DNA of 64,000 nt from Carpediemonas membranifera BICM (lineage: Eukaryota; Protista; Fornicata). Shown here piece by piece: positions 45,877 to 56,265 of this stretch; position 1 is the stretch's first letter, and the number at the start of each line of letters is the position of its first letter. The DNA lies in NCBI GenBank assembly GCA_019828565.1, contig JAHDYR010000005.1, positions 1,741,408 through 1,805,407 of the forward strand, read 5' to 3'. The notes under the pieces are model-generated. The model was not told the origin of the DNA and did not search any database. It saw nothing but the letters and a program-made list of their open reading frames with translations. The position numbers and the translations under genes were made by a program.

Positions 45877-46791
45877 TCAGACATACGTGAACGAGGCCAG
45901 CGCCAGAGTCATCGGCTGGTAGGGGAAGACCTCGCCCTGGCGCTTGGCACGGCGGTTTGCAAGGAACTTGTTCTTGATGTCGATAGGTCGGGCGCGGGCC
46001 TCAAGTCCAAGTCTAAACCCACGCCAGAATACCTGCTCCGGAGTTCCACCCAGAGATACGGTCTGACCGCCGATTGTCACGAACATCGGAACAAGCGGGG
46101 AAAATGTGTCGCCGATCTTCGTTTGGGCGATCGCCTTGTCAGGTACCGGTGCCGTTGAGACAGATGTGGGCATATCATCGGCAGCCTGCTTCATCTTCTT
46201 CTCAATGGCCGCCTGCACGCCTTGTAGCACACCACCCCTCCCCTGGACCTTGGCCTGGGCGATGACACGGCCATACGCGTTCACAATCTCACCGTACTTG
46301 GTCTCAAGCATGGTAGCGACTTTCCCCGCGATCATGGGAGCGTCCGACGAGACCTGGAAGGACCCCGAGAGGATCGACTTGTTGGGGTCCGTTGGATGCG
46401 GCCGGAGTGTCCCCCGGTCGTGAATGTCCGCAAAAGAGCCCGTCTCCTCGCTGTGTGTGTGGAAGGAGAGCCCCTCTGGCGTTACCGTGACCTCTTCCCG
46501 TCCTCTCGCGATCACACCGCCCGGAAGAGCTCGCATTGTCTCCGGGACGAAACGAAGGGCAAAACCAGGCAACTTCCCCGTAAGATCGAAGCAGGATTGT
46601 GAAGTGATGCTCTTCTTGGCAGCGTTGATGTCCGTATGCCTTAGATTGGCGATGAATGGGCTCTTGACCAGATCAATCTTGTTGTAGAAGGCAATACTCG
46701 CCTCACTGAACGGCCTCGGCATCTCGAACTCGTACGGTGTGGTGCGTTCAACAACCTTAGTCATACGCGTGTCGGTCTTCGCGAGTACCAA
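45877..46791 (-). CDS. Hypothetical protein, possible START/SRPBCC-like fold; probably has an upstream exon
   Basis: 304-aa ORF lacking an ATG start, with an AG just upstream; strands followed by a long C-terminal helix (weak pattern). Confidence 0.55.
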   Translation of the reverse strand: MVLAKTDTRMTKVVERTTPYEFEMPRPFSEASIAFYNKIDLVKSPFIANLRHTDINAAKKSITSQSCFDLTGKLPGFALRFVPETMRALPGGVIARGREEVTVTPEGLSFHTHSEETGSFADIHDRGTLRPHPTDPNKSILSGSFQVSSDAPMIAGKVATMLETKYGEIVNAYGRVIAQAKVQGRGGVLQGVQAAIEKKMKQAADDMPTSVSTAPVPDKAIAQTKIGDTFSPLVPMFVTIGGQTVSLGGTPEQVFWRGFRLGLEARARPIDIKNKFLANRRAKRQGEVFPYQPMTLALASFTYV

Positions 46792-47051
46792 TCTACAGTG
46801 GGGACGACAAGCAGTTTAGCCAGTTGCTGGTGCTGCTCATTGAGCACCAAGCCCTCGGACTACACCGTATCACCCTCACTCGCCATGATGCTCCTCGTGT
46901 GAGGCAATAAACAGCGGATGTGGATGTCTGCTGGTCATCTCAGGCGTCACTGGCAGTCATTGACGTTGAACTCACCCAACCGATGGGTCTGCCCATCCTT
47001 CCACCATAATCCTGTCGCATGCTTTATATAGATCGTAAATCACCTCATCCG

Positions 47052-48410
47052 TCACCCAGACCGTCCATAAACGAGCGTCACGGCCATCTGGAATGCCCTG
47101 GCCGTATACATCTCATCCACACTGACCTCCGTCACGTCCCTGTCGCTGCACTTAAACACCCTGCCCGCGGAGACCCTGTACGTGTAGTAGTGCCCCCCCG
47201 CCTCGTTCCCCGCATGACAGACCACCGCCTTGAGGTTGTACCACACCTCGGGCCGGGTGTACCTCGCGATGTCATTCTCAGTGGCCATCACGACTCCGTC
47301 AGGCCCCTCCACGGCCCCGGTCGGTGCGTCCTTGCCGTCGGGCATGCCCACATAGGCGCCCATGTCAAGTTTGTCGGGGTAGATGACCTTGTTCCTCAGC
47401 TTCCTTGCCTGACCCCGCAGCATGGCTACCCTGTTGATGTGAAGCATCAGTGTCTGTGGGAGGGCGGTCAGGTGTGTCGTCTTGGTCGCCCGGGACGGCA
47501 TGGGCCTCAGGGGGACCTGTACTCCCTCGAATATCTTGCCGGTAGACGCTGCTCCGACGTTTGTGGCGTGGATGAACGTCTGTAGGGCGTCCACACCCTT
47601 TGTGAACTCTGCTCCGGCCATGTAGTCGTCAGAGGCGAGGTTGGCCATCATACGCTCCGTCATGAGCGGGAGAAGCTTGACGGCGCCACACTTCATGCAT
47701 GCCACGCCGTCGATGACCTCCTCCTTGAAGAAGTCGTCGAGACACGACTCTAAAGTGCACGACGGCAGGACGTTTGCACCGGTCCCTTGTGCGTCGGACG
47801 GCACGGGAATAGGGAGGAGAAGCGAGTTGAACCGGCTGATGGAGAAGGGGGCCCGTCCACCGCAGTTGATGCAGGTGTACGACGTCGTGCAGGCCCCTGT
47901 GAGCGAGGGGAGGGGGGCCGTCCTCACCGGGTCCATCTCAGGTGTGCCGAGGACCCCAGCAAACGAGCACTTGGGGGATGGGGCCGCAGCCTTTGCCCGG
48001 TGGCCGTCGATGAGATGCATCATGGCCGTCAGGAACTCGTGGGCATCCTGCTCCTGGCTCGTGTCCATGAACGTAGACACGACTGGCTCAGCGTCCAGCA
48101 GGTGCTTGTACGAGGGGATGGTCGCTAGGCGGCGGAGGATGTCCCGAAGCTTGCGGAGGGCGTCGCGACTTTCAACAGTGCCCTTAGATTCCCTGTAGGC
48201 CACTTTAACCACTTCACCAACCTCTGTGGCGAAGGTATCATCGAACGAGAGAGCCTGTAGCATCGAGTTGGCGAAGCAAATGGTAGCTTTCGTGTTCTTA
48301 AGCCCAGGCGGGGAGTCCCGCGGCTTGTGATTGGACATGTACCACTCTTCTAGCGAGTAAAGCCCATACATACTACCTAACAGAATAGCCCCCGTCTTGA
48401 AGAGGCCCAT
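47052..48410 (-). CDS. Ubiquitin-specific protease (peptidase C19), USP30/Ubp16-like architecture
   Basis: Cys box GLKN...CFANSMLQAL, QEQDAHEFL, CxxC pairs, His box HAG...GGHYYTYR...CSD; N-terminal hydrophobic segment. Confidence 0.9.
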   Translation of the reverse strand: MGLFKTGAILLGSMYGLYSLEEWYMSNHKPRDSPPGLKNTKATICFANSMLQALSFDDTFATEVGEVVKVAYRESKGTVESRDALRKLRDILRRLATIPSYKHLLDAEPVVSTFMDTSQEQDAHEFLTAMMHLIDGHRAKAAAPSPKCSFAGVLGTPEMDPVRTAPLPSLTGACTTSYTCINCGGRAPFSISRFNSLLLPIPVPSDAQGTGANVLPSCTLESCLDDFFKEEVIDGVACMKCGAVKLLPLMTERMMANLASDDYMAGAEFTKGVDALQTFIHATNVGAASTGKIFEGVQVPLRPMPSRATKTTHLTALPQTLMLHINRVAMLRGQARKLRNKVIYPDKLDMGAYVGMPDGKDAPTGAVEGPDGVVMATENDIARYTRPEVWYNLKAVVCHAGNEAGGHYYTYRVSAGRVFKCSDRDVTEVSVDEMYTARAFQMAVTLVYGRSG

Positions 48411-48732
48411 TTCAGTTCGGACTGTGTCTTCACGAGTCAATGCCGGTCAACGGCTGTCTCCTCCGGCAGTCTCCTCTGAGCAGCAGGGTCGTAGGGTAGC
48501 GGGCAGACTCTTCATTCGTTGGACCTTTGCCTCGCATCCAACTCTCGTTGGATTGTTTCATCGATGTGCTGTCCTACCAGGCTGACAAGAGTCTTGGCCG
48601 ATCTTGGTGTGATGCCGTGTAATCCCACATAGTCTTTGAAGAAAGTAATTTATGATTCGACACTTAATATTCCGAAACCACGGGTGCGTCAGGCTCCTTG
48701 ACCAGTACAATCCAAGCGATCGCCCACACGAC

Positions 48733-50946
48733 TCAACCCAGCGTTTCAGAGTCCAGCATCCCGGTCGTCATTACAGGACCCCAGGTATAGCCCCAGTTGA
48801 TCACCCCCGCGCCCTCAGGAACGGCATCGGGCCAGCCGGAACCAAACATGGTCTCTGAGCCGAAAGCATGGACCGAGTCTGGGTGCTGGGCGGTAGAGTC
48901 AAGCTCAAGACCCGAGTCAAATGAGTCGTCCTGAAGCGTGGGTTCAAATCCATCAAACAAGACGTCTTCCTGGGTATGCCATGCCGACCGACGCCGCAGC
49001 CGGGAGATGAGGTCGGCCACGACTCCTCCGTCCACTACCACACCATGCTTACCAGCCCAGGCCGTGAGGGCGGGCAGGTTAGTCTCGGTCGGCCCCCACG
49101 GGCGATGGGGCGGGGTACCCAGCGCCTCCAGGAAGACTGTGACCCACGCGATGAGAGTCACGCCGGCACGGAAGCGGCGGAATGTGTAGCCGTCGGCTGT
49201 AAGTAGCTTGTAGAGGCCGGTCGACTCGGCATCGGACAGCTCGAAGGAACGCTCGACCTCAATGCCGGAATCAGTCGGGAGAGTGTCGGAAAGTGGGATA
49301 AATGTCCGGAAAGCAAGGTCGTCCGGCATTGTGGTCGGCGTGAGATTTGCCACGACAGCAGGACTGACCCCAGTCGACTTACTGGTCCGTATCAAATCTC
49401 GGGCAAGATTCGAGTACAATCTCTGCAAAATATTTGCCATAACCGCCAGTGATGCTGGTATAACACTGCCCGCTGTCCCAGACGCCACAGGAAGACACGA
49501 AGCCCACGTGTCCAAGCGGTCAGAGCAGCAGCGGCCCAGCCGGGTCGCCCAAGGCCTCCATGCACCGGTGATGACCCCAACCGCAGTCTCAGGCCCGCAT
49601 CCGTCCGAGAGCATTGACTCCATGCCGGAGTCTTCGTCACCCGCCCTCCTTGGACATAAAAGCAGGTCTGGATGGGCCTCGAGCATCTCTAGCGCCAGGA
49701 CGGCGGGGACACAGTGGTCTTTGCCCTTCATGGCAGCACCCAGAACGTCGACGAGGGCCTCCACAGTGAGAACATGAGCGGCCATGGCGTTCTTTGAGGG
49801 CGACCTGGGCAGTGTCAGGGCATATGTAAGGATGACCACAAGATCGCCTAAGTCAGAGTTACTTAGCACACCGAGTGAGGCTGTGAGTCGGTCCAATGTC
49901 GCGTGTGCCTCTGCGACTCTGCTCTGGCTGATCGCAGCGGCACAAACGGTCACTGCCCGGACAATTTGGAGGACGGTGAGGTCGAGGCCGGACTTCTCAG
50001 CGGCCAGATGTAGTTGCCTGGGTGTGGATTGAGTGGTACGGGCTTTCTTAGGGAGATGAGCGTCTACTGCGGCTTCCAGGCTGGGAAGTGTGGCGATGGC
50101 GTTTGAGAATATGAGTTTCATGTTGTTCGTAGCCATGGGGAATGGAACGTGGCACGCTATGGCTTGTATGTAGTACCGTGTGCCCTCAACCAGCGACGTT
50201 CTCGACAGGAGCACGGCGAGCTGATTAAACGGGGCGCCAGATGCCAGCTGGGGCATGGAAGCACAACGGTTGGTGATCCTGGCCGCACGGTGGTAGGCTG
50301 CGGCCACTATCTCCGTGGGGTATCCGGCGTACCGAAGCATATCGCCAATGTACACGAGAGCTGTCGTCACTGCGGCGAGCGGGGGGACCGGCGAGTCCAG
50401 CGCAGCTAGGTCGGCTGTGGTGATGTCCAGCCGGGTAGGGACCTTAGGCTGGGACGGCATGGGGCAGGCGACGTCGTCTGAGGGAACGGCGACGAGTACG
50501 GGAGGGACGAGGAGGTCCCGGCGCTGACGACTGATCGCCAGACAGAGCTCAGCGAAGTAGCTCACGCCGTCGTACACGATATTTCCGAGAGCAGCGGTCG
50601 GCTGGCCGTTGCGGGTGCGCTGGCGGCATACGTCGATGCGACGATACCAGCAGTTCTTCCAAACACGCTGAAGGAGGATGGAAATGTCAGCATGGGCTGA
50701 GAGATCGAACAATATGAGGTTTTTGAAGGCATCTGCAAGGTCGGAATACATCTTTGAAAGCGAAATCATCGTCTTCTCCAGGTCCGCATTGCCAGCAGCC
50801 TTCCAAGCCGCTTTCAGGTTCTTCTCTCCTGTCACAATGCTTCTATGTAATAGAAATGAATCTTGGTGAACTAACAGAGCCAATGATGAACGAGAAACCC
50901 TCGTAGCCATCATAGCGCCGCTCAGCAACCCCCCCTTAAACTGCAC
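48733..50946 (-). CDS. Est1/SMG5-7 family protein (14-3-3-like domain)
   Basis: WKNCWYRRID, LVYIGDMLRY, YHRAA...GAPFNQLAVL, YYIQAIACHVPFPMATNNM. Confidence 0.8.
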   Translation of the reverse strand: MQFKGGLLSGAMMATRVSRSSLALLVHQDSFLLHRSIVTGEKNLKAAWKAAGNADLEKTMISLSKMYSDLADAFKNLILFDLSAHADISILLQRVWKNCWYRRIDVCRQRTRNGQPTAALGNIVYDGVSYFAELCLAISRQRRDLLVPPVLVAVPSDDVACPMPSQPKVPTRLDITTADLAALDSPVPPLAAVTTALVYIGDMLRYAGYPTEIVAAAYHRAARITNRCASMPQLASGAPFNQLAVLLSRTSLVEGTRYYIQAIACHVPFPMATNNMKLIFSNAIATLPSLEAAVDAHLPKKARTTQSTPRQLHLAAEKSGLDLTVLQIVRAVTVCAAAISQSRVAEAHATLDRLTASLGVLSNSDLGDLVVILTYALTLPRSPSKNAMAAHVLTVEALVDVLGAAMKGKDHCVPAVLALEMLEAHPDLLLCPRRAGDEDSGMESMLSDGCGPETAVGVITGAWRPWATRLGRCCSDRLDTWASCLPVASGTAGSVIPASLAVMANILQRLYSNLARDLIRTSKSTGVSPAVVANLTPTTMPDDLAFRTFIPLSDTLPTDSGIEVERSFELSDAESTGLYKLLTADGYTFRRFRAGVTLIAWVTVFLEALGTPPHRPWGPTETNLPALTAWAGKHGVVVDGGVVADLISRLRRRSAWHTQEDVLFDGFEPTLQDDSFDSGLELDSTAQHPDSVHAFGSETMFGSGWPDAVPEGAGVINWGYTWGPVMTTGMLDSETLG

Positions 50947-51207
50947 ACCGATTGTTTTCGGACTTCGTGAGCAGACAGCTGGTGTTAATTGCCCTCAATG
51001 TGCTGTGTACATCCCCCAGGAGAAGTTCATGCTGAGGGCAGGGTCACCATGACAGATTTGATGCAAGAATGAGACATCATGGCCTAGAGCAGGTCTACTT
51101 CAGCTCCACGACGCACAACTCAGCTACGAAGGCTAGATACAGTCGTTTTTGCAGTCAACACCTCGAGAATTTTTTCGTGCGAAAAGTTAACGCCAGACCG
51201 TGCTTCG

Positions 51208-53238
51208 ATGGAGCAGGACGTTGAAGCGGCCGATATGCCGCTCGTTCCCACAATCGAACAGGAAGAGAACATCATGAACCATGGCATTGTTGATTCGCCC
51301 ACCATTGTGGAGAAAGACTATGCTACGCCCGAAATCCCGCTGCCTACCTCGCCTCTCTCCATTAGCTCAACCGATTCGTTCCCTTTGCGTGTAGATGCCG
51401 CCAAGAACGAGGCGAATACCCGCAGCCAGATCCGCAAAGAGCTTACTGACGAGATGAATCGCCTCGACGACGCCGGGGCCGCCCTCCTCGCCGTCCTCGA
51501 CCTCCCGGCCATCGACACACCGTCCGGGGGCCTTACCGCCGCCCTGCAAGAGATGTCCCGCCCCCTCCCCGCAGTAGAGGCCCTTGCCGCTGACGATGAC
51601 TCACCCAAGCCACTCCACCGGCTGCAAAAGATGGACTCAGACTTCATGAGGGAGGTGAAGCAACGGGGGAAGGAGACCATAGATATGTGGCGCCGTACGT
51701 TCCAGAATAAGCTTGAGGACGCACCCGACTCTGGCGACATCACGCCGAGTACACTTAGCATGACCGAGACCCAGACAGACTTCGAGATCATGGACGAAGA
51801 CTTCGAGGAGTTCGAGATCGAGGAGCCTGAGACTGCCCGACGGGTTGCCCCCCAGCCCCACAGACTGGAAGTGCCGATCCCCTCACCCCTCGCTGAACGG
51901 AACTCTGTGGCAAAGGAGGCCGGGGAGAGCAAGAAGGAGGGCCCCGGTACCAAGCGCAGGACCAAGGAAACGGGCCCATCGCCTTGGGTTGTCCAGCAGG
52001 GTCAGCTCGCCATGTCCCGGCATATCCAGGAGATGCGGCAGATGACAGCCGAGGAGGAGACCCGCGCCGACCGGATTAAGGCAAACATCGCGGCGGTGGA
52101 GGCCAGGGCTAAGGCTGCAGTGAGGGGGATCGTGGTGCCGGAGACTGAACACGAGAGAATGGCGGCAGTCAGGGAGCGACAAGCCCGCAGACAGATGAAG
52201 AGAGAGGCACAGATGGAACAAGCACGAGCACGGGAAGCAGAGAGTCGCCGCAAGTTCAAGCTCGCCCTGCTCGAGCAGGAGAGCAAGGCTGCAAGAGAGC
52301 GGAGCCTCAGGAAGAAGCGGCCGACCACTACCGGGCCCTCTACCAACCCGTCTCGGGCCAGGTCTGCGCCCAGAGGCAGGAGCGTGGCTCTGACTCCCAT
52401 GGATTCGAGGTCTAAACCTGCGAACGCCAGAGATCGGCGAATGCAGACGATCACGAACAGAGAACGGAGACTAAGGGACGAGCTGAACGCCCTGAGTACA
52501 TTCAAGGGCCTCGACCTCAACACTGGCGTCGTCAAGGTCAAGGTCAAGCGAGGGCCCGAGACTCCCATCGGCGTGTCTGCCCGTGACTCCCAGTCCATCC
52601 TGGGGACATTCACGGACGACGGGCAGGCTGGGGACGTCACAGAGGTCAAGGCCGGCGGCACGGTTGTCAGCAGTAATCAAATGATGAAGATCGACGACTC
52701 TGAGGCCGGGGCCGACTTCTCTGGCCTGAGCGACCGCACGGCGGACTTCACGGAGACCGTGCCCTTTGGCCGGATCGGGGACAAGAACTCCGGTCCCGTG
52801 GACATCTCTGACGACGAGGAGGAGGGCGAGGACGATGCCCCTGCCCGGACGCCGCCCGTGGTCCCTGCCGCCGACGACGGGTACAGGCCTCTCTTCCAGG
52901 TCGGGCTCAGGCTTGGTAAGTTTACAAAGGGCGGTCGCGGTAAGGCACACGAGAGAATATTCGTGATTGACCGGTCGTCGAACAAGATCTTCTGGGGCGA
53001 CGCCGACCACATGGTCGGCTGGCCCAAGCAGACCCCGAGCAAGAAGGCCAGGTCTTGCACAATCGTAAGCTTCGTGCCTGACGACCATGTCCTCCGGGTA
53101 GTCAACCCCCGGGCTAAAGTGCCCCGTGGTCGCGCCGTCTTATCGGCCAGCACCCCCACCGGGTGGATTCATTTACTGTGCCCCAGTAATAAGGTCCACG
53201 AGGCCGTGTTGGGGGCGTTCAGTAGGCTCGTGTTGTAG
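51208..53238 (+). CDS. Coiled-coil protein with C-terminal PH-like domain
   Basis: 676-aa ORF; charged helical middle; KFTKGGRGKAHERIFVID...IFWG resembles PH strands 1-3. Confidence 0.7.
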   Translation: MEQDVEAADMPLVPTIEQEENIMNHGIVDSPTIVEKDYATPEIPLPTSPLSISSTDSFPLRVDAAKNEANTRSQIRKELTDEMNRLDDAGAALLAVLDLPAIDTPSGGLTAALQEMSRPLPAVEALAADDDSPKPLHRLQKMDSDFMREVKQRGKETIDMWRRTFQNKLEDAPDSGDITPSTLSMTETQTDFEIMDEDFEEFEIEEPETARRVAPQPHRLEVPIPSPLAERNSVAKEAGESKKEGPGTKRRTKETGPSPWVVQQGQLAMSRHIQEMRQMTAEEETRADRIKANIAAVEARAKAAVRGIVVPETEHERMAAVRERQARRQMKREAQMEQARAREAESRRKFKLALLEQESKAARERSLRKKRPTTTGPSTNPSRARSAPRGRSVALTPMDSRSKPANARDRRMQTITNRERRLRDELNALSTFKGLDLNTGVVKVKVKRGPETPIGVSARDSQSILGTFTDDGQAGDVTEVKAGGTVVSSNQMMKIDDSEAGADFSGLSDRTADFTETVPFGRIGDKNSGPVDISDDEEEGEDDAPARTPPVVPAADDGYRPLFQVGLRLGKFTKGGRGKAHERIFVIDRSSNKIFWGDADHMVGWPKQTPSKKARSCTIVSFVPDDHVLRVVNPRAKVPRGRAVLSASTPTGWIHLLCPSNKVHEAVLGAFSRLVL

Positions 53239-53330
53239 TAGTAGGATAGTTGGTGTTTCTGACTGGTAAATCAATCGTATGTAACATGTAAATCATTTGC
53301 AGTTTATGGTTACATTTGTTGCTGCGTCAG

Positions 53331-53984
53331 TCAGTCGCATGACATGCTATGGGGCGACCCCGCTATCCTCTTCTGGATCAATCTACCCGAGAGAGTGTCT
53401 GCTACTGCCCTCGCTATCCCAGTGGGCACGCTGGGCTTATCGAGACAACTCCGATTCACAAGCCCGACGCCCTCCGGCCCCTTTGCGGCCCTAAGCACGC
53501 AGTTCAGGACCTGTGCGATTTCCTCGATAAGCTCCTCTGAACACCGATCACTGTCCTTTGTAGCAGAGGGGGTGTACACCTTTGCAAGGCCACCACTTCT
53601 TTCATCGGCGATTGCCAAGCGAACACCGAAACGGGACCGGTCACAGGAGAAGAAACCGTAGTGGACGTATGTGATAGAGGATGCGGGGAACCGCTTGTAC
53701 CGGCGTACCTTCCCCGCTCCGTCCTGTGAGAGAATAATGTGATAGACCGCACTCGAGGTGATGATGAGCGCACGCGGGCGTATTTTGGAGTATTGGTTGA
53801 TGCAGTCTAACATATAGCTCTTAATAAACAGTTCATCCGAGTGGCGCGAGAGAATCTGACGCCTTGCGTCGTCACAAGGAGATTTCTTCTCGCTGAGCAA
53901 CTCGGCCATCTTTTCCACGTCTCCTGCGAGCACACACTCTTGTAGAGCCGTGGTTGCTCGTCTCGTATGAGATGCGAGCGGCAT
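53331..53984 (-). CDS. Hypothetical protein, possible PH-like domain
   Basis: 217-aa ORF; INQYSKIRPRALIITSSAVY pattern. Confidence 0.55.
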   Translation of the reverse strand: MPLASHTRRATTALQECVLAGDVEKMAELLSEKKSPCDDARRQILSRHSDELFIKSYMLDCINQYSKIRPRALIITSSAVYHIILSQDGAGKVRRYKRFPASSITYVHYGFFSCDRSRFGVRLAIADERSGGLAKVYTPSATKDSDRCSEELIEEIAQVLNCVLRAAKGPEGVGLVNRSCLDKPSVPTGIARAVADTLSGRLIQKRIAGSPHSMSCD

Positions 53985-54236
53985 TGGGGATAAAATGGGT
54001 TCTTATGCGATCTGACGATACTCTGTCCAGGATTTAGCCTGAATCTGCACAGTATCTCAGGCTTCCACCGCGTATCGGGACACTGTTGAGTCGGACATGC
54101 CGTCGTCTAAGATAGCTAACGAGCTGTATTGTCACTGTGGTCTCCCGGTGTCTCTGGTGTGAGGCACGACTTGCCACGCTGCCCGGCAGCTCACTCACCA
54201 TGTTCTTAAAATCGGTTTAATGTAGGACCAAGCGTC

Positions 54237-54587
54237 TTACTCACTTGGTGTTTTAGGTGGCTTGGCTGGCACTGGCGCTGTTACGATGTCCACAGCAATC
54301 TGGATAGTGTCATCGAAGACATGGCGCGTCTGAACGTACTGGCGTTTGATACGTCGCTTGGTTCGTTTGATTCCGAGAGAATGAAACACCCCTCTGATTT
54401 CTTCAGGCATTAGTGTTCTTATGATCTTCTGCTCGGGCAGGGTTCGCAGCGTCAGAAAATTGCGAAGGCTGGCGGTAGCATGCGACATTGACCCCCCTAT
54501 CATGGCAGACTGCCATGCTTGAGTATAGCGGTGTGCTACACATGCCGCAGGATACCGGCTCGTTGTTGGCATAAACTGCACATTCAT
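54237..54587 (-). CDS. Short hypothetical protein
   Basis: 116-aa ATG ORF divergent from TatD; no motif recognised. Confidence 0.35.
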   Translation of the reverse strand: MNVQFMPTTSRYPAACVAHRYTQAWQSAMIGGSMSHATASLRNFLTLRTLPEQKIIRTLMPEEIRGVFHSLGIKRTKRRIKRQYVQTRHVFDDTIQIAVDIVTAPVPAKPPKTPSE

Positions 54588-54601
54588 TCAGGCGGGAGAC
54601 G

Positions 54602-55492
54602 ATGGAATTCATTGATATTGGAGCAAATCTCACCGATGGCATGTTCTATGGCTCATACCATGGAAAGGAAAAGCACGAGCCTGATCTCGGCCGAGTAATC
54701 GACCGAGCCCGGGAGCATGGCGTCAAGCAGATGATGTTGACAGTAGGTTCTGTCAGCGACATGAAAGATGCGTACGACCTCTGCAAACACCATCCTGGCG
54801 AGCTATTCGCCACTGTTGGTATCCACCCCACTCGGGCAAAGGAGCTCGAGAGCGGAAAGATCACAATCGACAGGTTAAGACAGGTAGCGAATGACAACAA
54901 GGGCACTATTGCTGCATATGGCGAGTTTGGACTTGACTACGACCGGCTTCATTTCTGCCCTGCTGGTGTTCAGAGGAAGTGGTTTGAAAAGCAGTTAGAG
55001 TTGGCAGTAGAGCTCGAGCTACCTCTGTTCTTGCACTGCAGGGCGGCTGCAGACGACTTCCTGGCCATCATCACCCCGTTCATCACCCGGCTGAAGGGAG
55101 GTGTGGTTCATTCATACACTGGCGACGTCGCTGCAATGAGAAAGATGATCGAGATGGGGCTGCACATCGGCGTCAACGGATGCTCTCTCAAGACCGAGGA
55201 GAATCTAGATGTGGTCAAACAGATCCCCCTTGACCGTCTCATGCTTGAGACCGACTGCCCTTATTGTGACATCAGGGCGACACACGCGGGATCAGGACTT
55301 GTGAAGACCAAGTTCAACACAAGGCCCAACCACCGGTATGACCCCAGCTGCCTTGTCAAGGGGCGGTGCGAGCCGTGCCAGATTGTGCAGGTCGCCGAGG
55401 TTGTCAGTGTGGTGTGCGACGTGCCCGTCGAGCAGCTTGCCAAGACTGCGTTTGATAACACTTGTGCCGTGTTTACGATGCTGAGACAGTAA
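54602..55492 (+). CDS. TATDN1: TatD family DNase (TATDN1-like)
   Basis: FIDIGANLTD, TVGIHPT, GEFGLDYDRLHFC, PLFLHCR, GVVHSYTG, GVNGCSLKT, LETDCPYC. Confidence 0.95.
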   Translation: MEFIDIGANLTDGMFYGSYHGKEKHEPDLGRVIDRAREHGVKQMMLTVGSVSDMKDAYDLCKHHPGELFATVGIHPTRAKELESGKITIDRLRQVANDNKGTIAAYGEFGLDYDRLHFCPAGVQRKWFEKQLELAVELELPLFLHCRAAADDFLAIITPFITRLKGGVVHSYTGDVAAMRKMIEMGLHIGVNGCSLKTEENLDVVKQIPLDRLMLETDCPYCDIRATHAGSGLVKTKFNTRPNHRYDPSCLVKGRCEPCQIVQVAEVVSVVCDVPVEQLAKTAFDNTCAVFTMLRQ

Positions 55493-55524
55493 ATGCGTCC
55501 GAGCATGTATTGCCATGTTATGCT

Positions 55525-56085
55525 TTACTCTGCTTGCGGGAAGAGCGTCGGCACTAGCGCCGCGTACGCTGCAATGTCCTGATCAGTGAAAAGTACAAGG
55601 AGGATCTTGTCCACCGCATCGCTGTTATCACCATCTTCAAGCCACGCCTTGATGGTCTCGATCGCGATGCGGGCCGCCTTCTTGTTGTCGAAGCCGAAGA
55701 TGCCCGTTGAAATGCACGGGATGGCAACTGACCGGACGTTTTCCTTCTTACACAGGTCCATGATAGACTTATAGGCCTTCTCTAGCATGGCAGGACTCCC
55801 GTCCGAAGGCCCGACGGCGTGGATTATCCTCATTGGGAGGTTGACGCCACTGGTGATCACGGCAGAGCCAACAGGGCAGAATCCAATCTGATTGCACTCT
55901 TCCTGAAGCACTCTACGGCCTGCTGCCTGGAAAATGGCGCCACAAACGCCACCGCCAGCTAGCAATCTTGTGTTTGCGGCGTTCACAATTGCATCGACGT
56001 CAGTTAGGGCACAGATGTTCTCAAAAGAGAATTGAATCTTTCCAGTCTTCGCTGCGATCAGCGTAGCAGCATTTGTTTGAGCCAT
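55525..56085 (-). CDS. Macro domain protein (MacroD/YmdB-like ADP-ribosylhydrolase)
   Basis: VDAIVNAANTRLLAGGGVCGAIFQAAG, IIHAVGP, SVAIPCISTGIFGF; likely start MAQT. Confidence 0.93.
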   Translation of the reverse strand: MAQTNAATLIAAKTGKIQFSFENICALTDVDAIVNAANTRLLAGGGVCGAIFQAAGRRVLQEECNQIGFCPVGSAVITSGVNLPMRIIHAVGPSDGSPAMLEKAYKSIMDLCKKENVRSVAIPCISTGIFGFDNKKAARIAIETIKAWLEDGDNSDAVDKILLVLFTDQDIAAYAALVPTLFPQAE

Positions 56086-56265
56086 GTCCGAAAAGTCTGT
56101 CAACCACAGATTACTCCATGATCTTGAAGATCCGCCCAGAATCATGGGGCACGCATCGGCGCTGGCTGGCAGTACTCACACAACTATAGCTATCGCATTT
56201 CGTGAAGACAAGTACGTGTATTTTGCAAAGTCCACCCTTCGACGAACCCTCTCTGTCCTTAAAAC

